NCBI GenBank assembly: GCA_044229975.1
Contig: JBGARZ010000024.1
Location: forward strand, 32,001 to 96,000
DNA: 64,000 nt
Reading direction: 5' to 3'
DNA from: Polyangiales bacterium
Lineage (GTDB): Bacteria; Myxococcota_A; Polyangia; Polyangiales; Ga0077539
Position numbers and translations under genes: made by a program
Notes under the pieces: model-generated
Told to the model about the DNA's origin: nothing
The model's database searches: none
Seen by the model: only the letters and a program-made list of their open reading frames with translations
Shown: positions 1 to 9,527 of the stretch, piece by piece
How positions within the stretch are numbered: position 1 is the stretch's first letter
How the letters are laid out: each line of letters opens with the position of its first letter

Positions 1-253
1 AGGCGGCCTCGGTGTTTTCCGGCCCCTGGGCGTGGCACTGGATGCCCGGGTCGCCGCCGTCGGGGGGCGTCGGGGGGGGGAGGTTGGGCGGCGGGACGTC
101 CTGCGCGATGGGATTGGCGTCCAGCGGCCCGAACCCGGCGTCCTGCGTGCTTGCAGGGGTCCGTGGGGTCGAGCGTGGCTGCGCGGGCGGGTTGTTGCAC
201 CCCACCGCGACCAGTCCGAACCACAACAACCAGCTTCCTGTGCGCGATGGCAT
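1..253 (-). CDS. Lipoprotein, N-terminal part (runs off the window start)
   Basis: Manual translation: MPSRTGSWLLWFGLVAVGC (lipobox), then a Pro-rich linker and ...GIQCHAQGPENTEAA; GGAGAGG RBS-like sequence upstream; not in the ORF track. Confidence 0.7.
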   Translation of the reverse strand, partial: MPSRTGSWLLWFGLVAVGCNNPPAQPRSTPRTPASTQDAGFGPLDANPIAQDVPPPNLPPPTPPDGGDPGIQCHAQGPENTEAA

Positions 254-300
254 GGCGATCCTCTCCGTCTTCCGGGGCGCAACCATATCAGAGCCGTCGT

Positions 301-2085
301 TCATCCCGCTGATGTGTCGGCGAGGGGCGGTTCGGCCGGGGTCGTGCGGTAGAGCGCCCGGTCGTAGAGCCACTGCCGCGTCTCGAAGCCCAGCAGGTCG
401 AGCTGCGCCCCTGCCTCGGGCACCGCGAAAAACCCCCGACCCGCCAGGTGCACCGCGAACTCCGGTCCCGACGGCAGAAACCCGAAGTAGTACGGGTTCT
501 CCCGCAGCCCCTCGGGCACCGGCACCCCCGCCGCCGCGAAGCGCGCCTCCAGGGTGGTGATCCAACCGTCCATCACCCCGCCGAGGCCCTGCGCGGTGAG
601 GTGCTCACGCGCGAGCTCGCCCAACCGTCGCCAGGTGCGCTCGGCGTTGTCCAGCGCCACGAAGCGCGCCCCGAGGCGGTGCCCCTCGGGCACCCGCGCG
701 AGCCAGTTGAAGAGCCGTTGCAACGCCACCGTGCGGTCGCGGTAGAGCTCGTCGGCGGCCGGGTCGAGGTACTCGATCTCGCACACCACAGGCGCCCCGG
801 GGAGCAGCCGGTGAAACGCCGGATCCTTCACGGCGACGGCGGCGTGGAGGTCGTCGACGGGTCGGGCGGCCATGCGTTGGAGGGGGTTGTCCTGCGGGCT
901 CTTGGTGGTGCCGCGCACGATGGGCTCCAGGGCGTCGCGGGCGCCGCGGGTGGCGCGCAGCACCGAGCGCGAGAAGAAGGTCTCGTCGAGGTCGTCGTTG
1001 TTGCCCGCGTAGAGGCCGAAGTCCTTCGCGATGCCGCCCATGGTGGTGCCCAGGTACGGCGCGAGAATCGACGACCACGCGATGTCGGGCTGGATGCGGT
1101 TGTTGAGCGCGAGGCTCTGGAGGTCGGTCTCGATGTCGCTGAAGGGCACCGCGAGGATCTGCTGCGTGCGCAGCGAGAGCCCGTGCGCCTTCACCTTGCG
1201 GGTGCCCTCGACGATGAGGTCGTCGGGCATCGGGCGCAGCAGCACGTAGCGGCGGAGGAAGTCGTTGCCCGACTCGATGGCGAGCGTGACGCCCGTGCAG
1301 CCGCCCTCGCGGAAGAGGGCGAGGCGCTCCTCGTCGCGGGTGAGCTCCAGGCGGATCTGGCAGTGCCACGGGACGCCCACGCGGGTGCGCCACTCCCGCG
1401 CGAACTCCCGCAGCCACGGGATGTTGAAGCCGAAGATGTCGTCCTGCATGTAGATCATCGACAGCGGCCAGCGGTCGCGGATGGCGATGGCCTCCTGGAC
1501 GATCTCCTCGACGGGTCGGACGTTGAGCGCGAAGCCCCCGTACATCTTGTTGTAGCTGGGCGCGTAGCAGTAGCTGCAATGGAAGGGGCAGCCGACGGAG
1601 CAGAAGATGCTCTTGATGGGGCTCTGCCCCAGCGCGCCGTAGCGCGCGTAGAGCAGGTCGCGGTCGGGCTGCGGAAAGCCTTCGGCGACGCGGTCTTCGT
1701 CGAAGTGTTCGCCCGCCGGGAGCTCGCCTTCGAGGATGCGGCGGAAGGTGCGAAACCCCTCGCCCTTCACCACCCAGTCGGCGTGCGCGGCGCAGTCGCT
1801 GGTGAAGTACGTCGCGTGGGGGCCGCCGATGACCACCTTCGCGCCGAGCTCGCGCACCCGGTCGCAGGCGGCGAACATCCGCGCGTGCCCGCCGGTCCAC
1901 ACGGAGAAGCCGACGACGTCGGGGGCGAAGGCGCGCACCTCGTCGTAGAGCGGCGCGAAGTCGCCGTCCTTCACGAGCACCACGCGGCAGTCCCACCCGA
2001 GGCGCTTCGCGAGCCCGAGCAGGTAGAGAATCCCCAGCGGCTCGATCAGGTAGTACTTGCCGACGAGGATGAGCCGGGGACGCAT
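301..2085 (-). CDS. B12-binding domain radical SAM protein with C-terminal extension
   Basis: EPLGILYL...GGPHAT...GEG B12-binding motifs; GCPFHCSYC; DDIF. Confidence 0.9.
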   Translation of the reverse strand: MRPRLILVGKYYLIEPLGILYLLGLAKRLGWDCRVVLVKDGDFAPLYDEVRAFAPDVVGFSVWTGGHARMFAACDRVRELGAKVVIGGPHATYFTSDCAAHADWVVKGEGFRTFRRILEGELPAGEHFDEDRVAEGFPQPDRDLLYARYGALGQSPIKSIFCSVGCPFHCSYCYAPSYNKMYGGFALNVRPVEEIVQEAIAIRDRWPLSMIYMQDDIFGFNIPWLREFAREWRTRVGVPWHCQIRLELTRDEERLALFREGGCTGVTLAIESGNDFLRRYVLLRPMPDDLIVEGTRKVKAHGLSLRTQQILAVPFSDIETDLQSLALNNRIQPDIAWSSILAPYLGTTMGGIAKDFGLYAGNNDDLDETFFSRSVLRATRGARDALEPIVRGTTKSPQDNPLQRMAARPVDDLHAAVAVKDPAFHRLLPGAPVVCEIEYLDPAADELYRDRTVALQRLFNWLARVPEGHRLGARFVALDNAERTWRRLGELAREHLTAQGLGGVMDGWITTLEARFAAAGVPVPEGLRENPYYFGFLPSGPEFAVHLAGRGFFAVPEAGAQLDLLGFETRQWLYDRALYRTTPAEPPLADTSAG

Positions 2086-2109
2086 GGGACCCGACGGAGG
2101 GTAGCGCGA

Positions 2110-3579
2110 TCACGCCCCTCGGCGGATGTGCTCCAGCAGCGCCGTCGTCGATCGACCCGGCTCCAGCGCGACCAGCTCGACCCGGCCGCCGTGCGCCTCG
2201 ACCGACGCGCGGCCCACCACCTGGTCGACCCGGTAGTCGGCGCCCTTCACCAGCACGTCGGGGCGCACCGCCTCGATGAGCGCGAGCGGCGTGTCGTCGT
2301 CGAAGCCCACCACGCCGTCGACGCAGGCCAGCGCCGCCAGCAGCGCCGCCCGCTCGCCCCACGGCAGCGTCGGCCGCCCCGCGCCCTTCAGCCGCGCCAC
2401 CGAGGCGTCGCCGTTGAGACCCACCAGCAGCACGTCGCCGAAGGCCGCCGCGCGGGCCAGCAGCGCCACGTGCCCGGCGTGCAGCAGGTCGAAGCACCCG
2501 TTGGTGAACACCACCCGCCGCCCGGAGAGGCGCCACCACGCGAGCCGCTCGGCGAGGGCGTCGCGGGTGAGCACCTTGCCCGCGTGCGTGAGGCCGAGCG
2601 CGGCGATGAGCTCGGAGGGCGCGACGACGGCGGTGCCCACGCGGCCGACGGCCACGCCCGCGGCGGCGTTGGCGAGCTGCGCGGCCGTCGCGAGCGGGGC
2701 GCCGCAGGCGAGGCCCAGCGCCAGCACCGCGATGACCACGTCGCCCGCCCCGGTCACGTCGTAGACCTCCTGCCGCTCGGCCGGGATCGTCACCGGCTCG
2801 CGGCCGCGCTCCACCACGCACATGCCGCGCGCGCCGAGGGTCACCACCATCGCCTCGACGCCCGACGACTCCAGCACCGCCCGCGCCGTCGCCGGAACCT
2901 CCTCCGCCGACAGCGACCGGCCCGCCACCGCCTCCAGCTCGCGGAGGTTGGGCGTGATGACCCGCGCGCCCCGGTACACCGAGAAGTCCCGCCGCTTGGG
3001 GTCGACCAGCACCGGCGCGCCCAGCGCGGCGCCGCGCTCGATCACGGCGCGCACCGCCTCGGGGGTGAGCATCCCCTTGGCGTAGTCGCTCAGCACGATG
3101 GCCCCGACGGGCCCGCTCGTCGCGGCCTCGATGAGGCCGACGGCGGTGTCCGGGTCGACCGCGCGGGGCGTCTCCCAGTCCATGCGCAGGAGCTGCTGGT
3201 GCTGCGCGAGCACCCGCACCTTGCGCACGGTGGACCACTGCGCGCCGCGCGCCACCGCCCCGACGTCGACGCCCGCCGACCGGCACGCCGCGAGGAGCGT
3301 CGCGCCCGCTTCGTCTTCACCGACCACGCCGCAGAGGCGCACCGACGCCCCGAGCGCGGCGGCGCAGTGGGCGACGTGCGCGGCGCCGCCCGGCCGGTGG
3401 AAGGTCTCGGTCACCTCGACCACGGGAACCGGCGCTTCGGGCGAGATGCGGCTCACGCTGCCGACGAGGTACTCGTCGAGCATCAGGTCGCCCACCACCG
3501 CGACGCGGGCCCCGGCCACCTGGCGCAGCACATCGATGGCCTCGCCCGCGGGGATCACCGCGCCGACGCTACGGCACAT
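2110..3579 (-). CDS. hldE: Bifunctional heptose 7-phosphate kinase / heptose 1-phosphate adenylyltransferase
   Basis: VGDLMLDEY, RISPEAPVPV, DVTGAGD, FTNGCFDLLHAGH; start at 3579 (ATG) or 3558 (GTG). Confidence 0.95.
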   Translation of the reverse strand: MCRSVGAVIPAGEAIDVLRQVAGARVAVVGDLMLDEYLVGSVSRISPEAPVPVVEVTETFHRPGGAAHVAHCAAALGASVRLCGVVGEDEAGATLLAACRSAGVDVGAVARGAQWSTVRKVRVLAQHQQLLRMDWETPRAVDPDTAVGLIEAATSGPVGAIVLSDYAKGMLTPEAVRAVIERGAALGAPVLVDPKRRDFSVYRGARVITPNLRELEAVAGRSLSAEEVPATARAVLESSGVEAMVVTLGARGMCVVERGREPVTIPAERQEVYDVTGAGDVVIAVLALGLACGAPLATAAQLANAAAGVAVGRVGTAVVAPSELIAALGLTHAGKVLTRDALAERLAWWRLSGRRVVFTNGCFDLLHAGHVALLARAAAFGDVLLVGLNGDASVARLKGAGRPTLPWGERAALLAALACVDGVVGFDDDTPLALIEAVRPDVLVKGADYRVDQVVGRASVEAHGGRVELVALEPGRSTTALLEHIRRGA

Positions 3580-3603
3580 CCGCCCGCGCAAACAAGCCGC
3601 GCG

Positions 3604-3633
3604 TTGACGCGCGAGACGCCGCCTCCGTACCAT
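3604..3633 (+). promoter_or_regulatory. Possible sigma70-type promoter
   Basis: TTGACG-N18-TACCAT ahead of the GT9 operon; similar TTGAC(C/G)-N18 boxes at 47635, 48554 and 51166. Confidence 0.4.
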
Positions 3634-3665
3634 CGAAGGGGCAGCGGCGAAGACACGGCGAGACG

Positions 3666-4922
3666 TTGAACCAGGAAGCCATCCGACGCCTCGACGCGCT
3701 CTTCGGGAGCCAGCTCTGCCTCCTGCTCACGGCGCACCGCCGCGTCGTCGAAGCGCTCGGGGCGCGCGCGCCGTCGGCGGAGCCCACCGGGGTGGTGTTC
3801 ATCAAGCTGGTCGAGCAGGGGGCCACGGTGCTCGCCTCGGCCGCCGTGCGCCGCGCCGTCGCGCGCGTGGGTCGCGACCGGGTGTTCTTCCTCGTCTTCG
3901 AGGAGAACCGCGCCATCCTCGACCTGCTCGACCTCGTGCCGCCCGCCAACGTCCTCGCCGTGCGCAGCAGCTCGCCCGCGGTCTTCGCGCGCGACGTCGC
4001 CCGGGCCCTCTTCACCCTGCGCCGGGCCCGCGTCGACACCGCCGTCGACCTGGAGTTCATGACCCGCGCGCCCGCGGCCCTCGCGTACCTCTCGGGCGCC
4101 ACCCGCCGCGTCGGCCTGCACCGCTTCGGCGCCGAGGCCCCCTACCGCGGCGACCTCATGACCCACCGCGTGCAGCACAACCCCTTCCTGCACACCTCGC
4201 AGGCCTACGCCGCGCTCGTCGAGGCCCTCGGCTGCGACCCGGCCGACACGCCGATGCCGAAGTTCGTGCCCGACCCCATCGACGCCGAGGCGCCGCGCTT
4301 CGTGCCGCGGCCCGACGAGCTCGCGCGGGTGCGGGCGCTCGTCGCCGAGCTCGCCGGGCGCACCCCCGACGGACCGCTGGTGGTGCTCAACCCCAACACG
4401 GGCGACCTCATCCCGCTGCGGATGTGGCCCGCGTCGCAGTTCGCCGCGCTCGGTCGCCTGGTGGTGGAGGCCTTTCCGACGGCGACGGTGGTCATCACCG
4501 GGCTCGCGAGCGAGCGCGAGGGCGCCGAGGCGGTGTGCCGCGCCATCGGCTCCGACCGGGCCATCTGCGTGGCGGGCCGCACCACCCTGCGCGACGTGGT
4601 GGTGCTCTACACCTTCGCCGACGTGCTGGTCGCCAGCGACAGCGGGCCCGGGCACTTCGCCTCGCTCACCGACATCGACATCGTCGTGCTCTTCGGACCG
4701 GAAGCCCCGCAGGTGTTTGGTCCGCTCGGGCCGCGCGCGCACGTCCACTGGGGCGGCCTCGCGTGCAGCCCCTGCGTCAACCCGTACAACCACCGCTCGT
4801 CGCCGTGCACCCGCAACGCGTGCATGGACGTGCACACGCCCGAAGGGGTGTTCGAGACCGTCGCGGCCTGCCTCACCGCGCGCCGCCCGCTCGACGCCCT
4901 CCTGCGCGGAGGTACGGCGTGA
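3666..4922 (+). CDS. Glycosyltransferase family 9 (heptosyltransferase-like)
   Basis: AGRTTL, SDSGPGHFA, VLFGP, LACSPC motifs; sits between hldE and hldD. Confidence 0.85.
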   Translation: MNQEAIRRLDALFGSQLCLLLTAHRRVVEALGARAPSAEPTGVVFIKLVEQGATVLASAAVRRAVARVGRDRVFFLVFEENRAILDLLDLVPPANVLAVRSSSPAVFARDVARALFTLRRARVDTAVDLEFMTRAPAALAYLSGATRRVGLHRFGAEAPYRGDLMTHRVQHNPFLHTSQAYAALVEALGCDPADTPMPKFVPDPIDAEAPRFVPRPDELARVRALVAELAGRTPDGPLVVLNPNTGDLIPLRMWPASQFAALGRLVVEAFPTATVVITGLASEREGAEAVCRAIGSDRAICVAGRTTLRDVVVLYTFADVLVASDSGPGHFASLTDIDIVVLFGPEAPQVFGPLGPRAHVHWGGLACSPCVNPYNHRSSPCTRNACMDVHTPEGVFETVAACLTARRPLDALLRGGTA

Positions 4923-5866
4923 TCGTCGTCACCGGCGGCGCGGGCTTCATCGGCTCCAACCTGGTGCGCGCCCTCAACGCGCGCGGCCGCGACGACGTGC
5001 TCGTGGTCGACGACCTCACCGACGGGCGGAAGTTCGCCAACCTCGCGACGGCCCGCCTCGCCGACTACGTCGACGTCGACGACTTCGCGCGCATGGTCGA
5101 CACCGACGACCCGGCGCTCGGTGGGGTCACCGCGGTGCTGCACCAGGGCGCCTGCTCCGACACCACCGAGCGCGACGGCCGCAAGATGATGCGGGCCAAC
5201 TACGAGTCGTCCAAGCGGGTGTTCGGGTTCTGCCAGCGGCGCGGGGTGCCGCTGGTCTACGCGTCGTCGGCGGCGGTCTACGGCGGCGGCAGGCGCTTCG
5301 TCGAGGAGCCATCGGCCGAGCGACCGCTCAACGTCTACGGCTGGTCGAAGCTGCTCTTCGATCAGTGGGTGCGACGGCGCCCGTCGGAGACCCAGGTGGT
5401 GGGCCTGCGGTACTTCAACGTCTACGGACCGGGCGAGGACCACAAAGGCTCCATGGCGAGCGTCGCGCGGCACCTGCACCGGCAGCTCGTCGACACCGGG
5501 CGCGTACGTCTCTTCGAGGGGACCGACGGCTACGCCCACGGCGAGCAGCGGCGGGACTTCGTCCACGTCGCGGACGTGTGCGACGTGGTGCTGTGGTTTC
5601 TCGACCACCCGGAGCGGTCGGGGATCTTCAACGTGGGCACCGGGGCGAGCCGACCGTTCATGGACGTGGCCCGCGCGGTGATCGCCTTCCATGGTCGTGG
5701 CGAGGTGGAGTTCGTTCCCTTCCCCGCGCACCTGCGCGGCGCCTACCAGAGCTTCACCGAGGCCGACCTCACCGCCCTGCGCGCCACCGGCTACGGCGGA
5801 ACCTTCCGCGACGTCGCCGACGGCGTCCCGCAGTACCTAGCCGAGCTCACCGACCATGTCTTCTGA
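4919..5866 (+). CDS. hldD: ADP-L-glycero-D-manno-heptose 6-epimerase
   Basis: GTG start overlapping the upstream TGA; IVVTGGAGFIGSN, HQGACSDTTE, YGWSK, LRYFNVYGP, YQSFTEAD. Confidence 0.95.
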   Translation: MIVVTGGAGFIGSNLVRALNARGRDDVLVVDDLTDGRKFANLATARLADYVDVDDFARMVDTDDPALGGVTAVLHQGACSDTTERDGRKMMRANYESSKRVFGFCQRRGVPLVYASSAAVYGGGRRFVEEPSAERPLNVYGWSKLLFDQWVRRRPSETQVVGLRYFNVYGPGEDHKGSMASVARHLHRQLVDTGRVRLFEGTDGYAHGEQRRDFVHVADVCDVVLWFLDHPERSGIFNVGTGASRPFMDVARAVIAFHGRGEVEFVPFPAHLRGAYQSFTEADLTALRATGYGGTFRDVADGVPQYLAELTDHVF

Positions 5867-7904
5867 GTGCCTCCGCGCGACCTTCCTGCTGCCGTTCCTG
5901 GTGACGCTGCTGCCGTTCCTGGTCGCGGGCTTCTCGGTCTGGGCGCACCTCCGTCGGCCCGCCTGGGCGGGGCTCCCGACCCCCACGCTGCCGCTCGCGC
6001 GTCGGCTCCTCGCCCTGTCGCCCTACGCCCTCATCTTCGGCCTCGTGCTGGGCGTGTGCCTCTGGAAGCTCGCCCCCCACTGGCGCATGCAGATCGACGA
6101 GGAGCGCGACCAGCTCATGGCCGCCCTCTGCGGCACCGGGCGCGCCTGCCCCCTCGTGGGCAACGAGATGAACCGCCTGCGCGTCCAGCTCGGGCCCCTC
6201 AACCGCTACCTCATGACCGCGACCTTCCTCGCGCACCGCGATCCGCGCACCACCCTGGTGGTGCTCGTGGTCTGCCACGCGCTGGCGATGGCCTGGGCCG
6301 CGCGCCTCGCCGACTCGCTCTTCCGCGCGCCCGCGGGCCTCGGCGTCGCGCTGCTCCTGGGCGTCCACCCGGTGCTGATGGAGTCGTACCTCCAGCCGTC
6401 CAACGGCCCGTGGGTCACGCTCCCGCTCGTCGCCACCATCGCCCTCACCCTGCGCTGGCTGCGCGGCGACGGTGGCGTCCCCCTCGTCGGCGCCGTCACC
6501 GCGCTCGCGTGCGCGATGCAGTTCCACGGCACCTCGATGGAGTTCGCGCCCATCGTGCTCGTGCTCGGGGTGATCTACCGCCCGCGCACGCCGCGCTGGG
6601 CGCTCGTCGCGTCGGCCGCCGTCGTGGCGGTGATGTACCTGCCGTGGCTGTGGTTCCAGTTCATCTCGGACTGGTCGGGCTTCCGGGCGTTCTCGCTGTC
6701 GTGGGTGCTGGGCGGGGGGATGTCCTCGACGGCGATCCCCAACGGCCCGCCGCCCGGGCTCGTCACGCGGCTCATGGCGCCCCTCAAGAGCGTCGGCCCG
6801 GCGGCCCTGCTCCTCGCCCCGGGCATGGTCGCGCTCTGGCCCGGCCGTGACCCCGAGCGCCGCGGCCTGCTGGCCTTCGCGCTGGTCCCGCTCGCCATCT
6901 CCCTCGCCGGCGCGGCCGCCACCGGGGGGCTGTGGGCCGATCGGTACTGCATCGTGTTCCTGCACGCGGTGACGCTCGCGGCCTTCGGGTGGGTGCGGTT
7001 CGCGTGGCAGTGGTTGCCCCGCGCGTCGTGGGCGCTGGTGCCCGCCGTCGCGCTGGTGTGCGCGCAGTCGGCCGCGCAGTCCCTCCGCGACAACCCCAAC
7101 CCCCACGACGTCGCCTCGCGCAGCCGGGTGCAGGTCTCCCTCTCCGAGGACATCGAGGCCACCCGCGTGCTCGCCGCCCACGGCTTCCGCCGCCAGGACC
7201 TCGCCCACCGCGTCCACGGCAAGCCCTGGGCTCGCTGGACCAGCGGCCGCGCCTACCTGGGCTACTGGATCATCGGCCCGCGCTCGACGCCCGCCCCCGC
7301 CGAGCACGCGCTGGCGACCGAGTGCGCCGTCCACGACCCGGGCTTCGTCCGTTGGCAGCGCGCGCTCGCGCCCGGTCCCGGCATCCGGCACCACCTCGTG
7401 GGCTACCGCCCCACCCTCGACCCCGCGCGCCTCGAGATCGACTTCGGCGACGGCCCGCCGTGGAGCCTCGACGACGGGCTGCCGTTCTTCATGGAGCAGA
7501 TGCACGGCGGCGACAGCCGTCTGCGCGGCATGGTCGACCCGGCCCTGGCCTACCCCGAACCCCTCGCGATGCTCAACACCCGGTGGCTGCAACGGCGCAA
7601 CGGCGCCTCCGCTCGGATGCGCGTGGTGACGCGGATCACGCGCTGCGAGGGCGAGCGCTTCGTGACGCTGCTGGCCTCGCGCACGCACGTCCCGACCTTC
7701 ACCGTGGGCGGCGTGGCGCGCGCGCCGGACGCGACCCTGGAGGCCGTCGACGACGTCCGCTACCGCCTCCGCCCGACGCCCGCCGAGTGCGCCGCGGCGC
7801 CCATCGAGGTCGTCGCGGAGATCCCGCTGCCGCCCATGACGTCCGCCCCGCGGCGCATCGACCTGTACGAAGAGCCCGCCCCGGGCTGCGACGGAGACCG
7901 GTGA
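5856..7904 (+). CDS. Polytopic membrane protein, GT-C/ArnT-like glycosyltransferase
   Basis: Many hydrophobic segments; DEERD acidic motif after the first TM region, GP(L)xxY, QFH; soluble C-terminal domain. Confidence 0.55.
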   Translation: MSSECLRATFLLPFLVTLLPFLVAGFSVWAHLRRPAWAGLPTPTLPLARRLLALSPYALIFGLVLGVCLWKLAPHWRMQIDEERDQLMAALCGTGRACPLVGNEMNRLRVQLGPLNRYLMTATFLAHRDPRTTLVVLVVCHALAMAWAARLADSLFRAPAGLGVALLLGVHPVLMESYLQPSNGPWVTLPLVATIALTLRWLRGDGGVPLVGAVTALACAMQFHGTSMEFAPIVLVLGVIYRPRTPRWALVASAAVVAVMYLPWLWFQFISDWSGFRAFSLSWVLGGGMSSTAIPNGPPPGLVTRLMAPLKSVGPAALLLAPGMVALWPGRDPERRGLLAFALVPLAISLAGAAATGGLWADRYCIVFLHAVTLAAFGWVRFAWQWLPRASWALVPAVALVCAQSAAQSLRDNPNPHDVASRSRVQVSLSEDIEATRVLAAHGFRRQDLAHRVHGKPWARWTSGRAYLGYWIIGPRSTPAPAEHALATECAVHDPGFVRWQRALAPGPGIRHHLVGYRPTLDPARLEIDFGDGPPWSLDDGLPFFMEQMHGGDSRLRGMVDPALAYPEPLAMLNTRWLQRRNGASARMRVVTRITRCEGERFVTLLASRTHVPTFTVGGVARAPDATLEAVDDVRYRLRPTPAECAAAPIEVVAEIPLPPMTSAPRRIDLYEEPAPGCDGDR

Positions 7905-9490
7905 CCCCGCTGCGTCGCCGGGCGCTGGTCGTCGCCGGGTCGCTGGGCGCCGTGCTGGCGCTGCTGCTCGTGGCCGAAGGGCTGCTCCGTCTGCTGCACA
8001 TCGGCCCCGCGGTGCAGCCCAACGACGCGGAGTTCACCGAGCGCAGCCTCCGCTACCTGGAGCCCTGCTACCGACGTTCGGGCGACTCGCTGGTGGAGAC
8101 CAACACGGGTCGACCGCCGCCGCAGCGCCACGCGACGGTGCGCCGCGCCCGCACCGCGGGGGTGCCGCGCCTCGCCGTCGTGGGCGAGTCCAGCGCCGAC
8201 ATGCTGGGGCAGTCGCTGGAGATGCTCCTCCAGCGGCAGCCGCCGTGTGGTCGCCGCTACGAGGTGCTCCAGTGCGCGATTCCGGGCTCCGGCCTCGAAC
8301 ACCTGGAGCGCCGCTTCGACGAGGTGATGGACCTCTCCCCCGACGCGGTGGTCATCACCTTCGGGCACAACCTGGGCTTCCTCTTCTCGGCCGACGAGGC
8401 TCGCCTGCGGGCCCGCCGCCTGCGCGACCACAGCCGCCTGCTGGCGGTCCTCGGCCCCTCCTTCGACGGGCCGCGCGCGAGCCCCAACGCGACCTTCGCC
8501 GCGCGGCTGCCGCGCTTCGAGGCCTTCCTCGCGCGCGCGGCCCGCGAGGGTCGCCGCCGCCACGTCGGCGTGGTGATGACCACCATGGCGGGCAACCTCT
8601 GGATCCCGCCCACGAGCTACCCCGACGAGCGCGCCGCGCCCGTCCTCGTGGACGCCCGCTACACCGAAGCGACCGTCGGACCGCGCGAGGCGGCCGCGCT
8701 GCTCGACCGCACCGAGACCTCCCTCGCTCGCTTCGAGCGGGGCGTGCTGCTGGCGCGGGCCCACGACCCGACGGCGGCCCGAGCGAGCCTGGCGCACGCG
8801 GTGGAGACCGACTCCTTCGCGTCGCGGGCCACGGACGCCGTCAACGACGCCATCCGCCGGGTCGCCGCGCGCGAGGGAGCGCTGCTGCGCGACACGGTGC
8901 GGGCCGTCGAGGCCGGGGCGCCGCAGGGCCTGCCCGGGTGGGAGAGCTTCCGCGACAACTGCCACCTGCGGACGCCGCTCTTCGACCGCGAGGCGATCGA
9001 GGTGTTCGGGCTCGCGCGGCCCGCGATGGGTCTATCCCCGACGTGCGCGCTGACCGGCACCAGCGGGGGCTCCGAAGCGGGTGACCTGACGGCGTTCTTC
9101 CGACAGCTCCGGGGCTTTCCGCCGGAGATGCGGGTGGGCTGGTACGAGGCCGGGGCGCTACAGATCGAGCGGCGCTCGCTCGACGACGAGGCGAGCGAGT
9201 CGCGCGAGGTGGCGAGCCTCCTGGCGGCGTCGCCGGCGCCCGAGGCGCTCGTGGCCGCGGCGGAGGGACGCTGGCGCGCGGGTCACGTCGACGAGGCGCG
9301 CGCCCTCAACGAGCGGGCGCGCGGCGCCGGGAGCGCCGAGGCGTGGGTGCAGCTCGGGGTCTTCCACCTGCGGCAGCGGGCGCCCGAGGAGGCGCGCGCG
9401 GCGTGGCAGCGGGCGCTCTCCATCGACCCGCAGCGGGCCGACGCGCTGCGCTTCATGGAGCGCCTGGGGACACCGAGCGCGGGGCCCTGA
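7901..9490 (+). CDS. Membrane-anchored SGNH-like hydrolase with TPR repeats
   Basis: GTGA overlap start; N-terminal TM; VGESSA, GHN, DNCH blocks; C-terminal TPR (AWQRALSIDP). Confidence 0.65.
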   Translation: MTPLRRRALVVAGSLGAVLALLLVAEGLLRLLHIGPAVQPNDAEFTERSLRYLEPCYRRSGDSLVETNTGRPPPQRHATVRRARTAGVPRLAVVGESSADMLGQSLEMLLQRQPPCGRRYEVLQCAIPGSGLEHLERRFDEVMDLSPDAVVITFGHNLGFLFSADEARLRARRLRDHSRLLAVLGPSFDGPRASPNATFAARLPRFEAFLARAAREGRRRHVGVVMTTMAGNLWIPPTSYPDERAAPVLVDARYTEATVGPREAAALLDRTETSLARFERGVLLARAHDPTAARASLAHAVETDSFASRATDAVNDAIRRVAAREGALLRDTVRAVEAGAPQGLPGWESFRDNCHLRTPLFDREAIEVFGLARPAMGLSPTCALTGTSGGSEAGDLTAFFRQLRGFPPEMRVGWYEAGALQIERRSLDDEASESREVASLLAASPAPEALVAAAEGRWRAGHVDEARALNERARGAGSAEAWVQLGVFHLRQRAPEEARAAWQRALSIDPQRADALRFMERLGTPSAGP

Positions 9491-9527
9491 CGCCGATGGG
9501 GCGGTGGTACCCTCGGACGCACCATCG

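Noticed and set aside
72..80. G9 homopolymer as a phase-variation tract
   Set aside because: It encodes an in-frame Pro run in a linker; nothing indicates slippage.
448..3669. Very long alternative-frame ORFs (e.g. 448-3669, 19591-23865, 27172-29247, 59859-62417)
   Set aside because: Antisense or shifted shadows of real genes, expected at this GC content; Arg/Pro/Gly-rich with no recognisable motifs.
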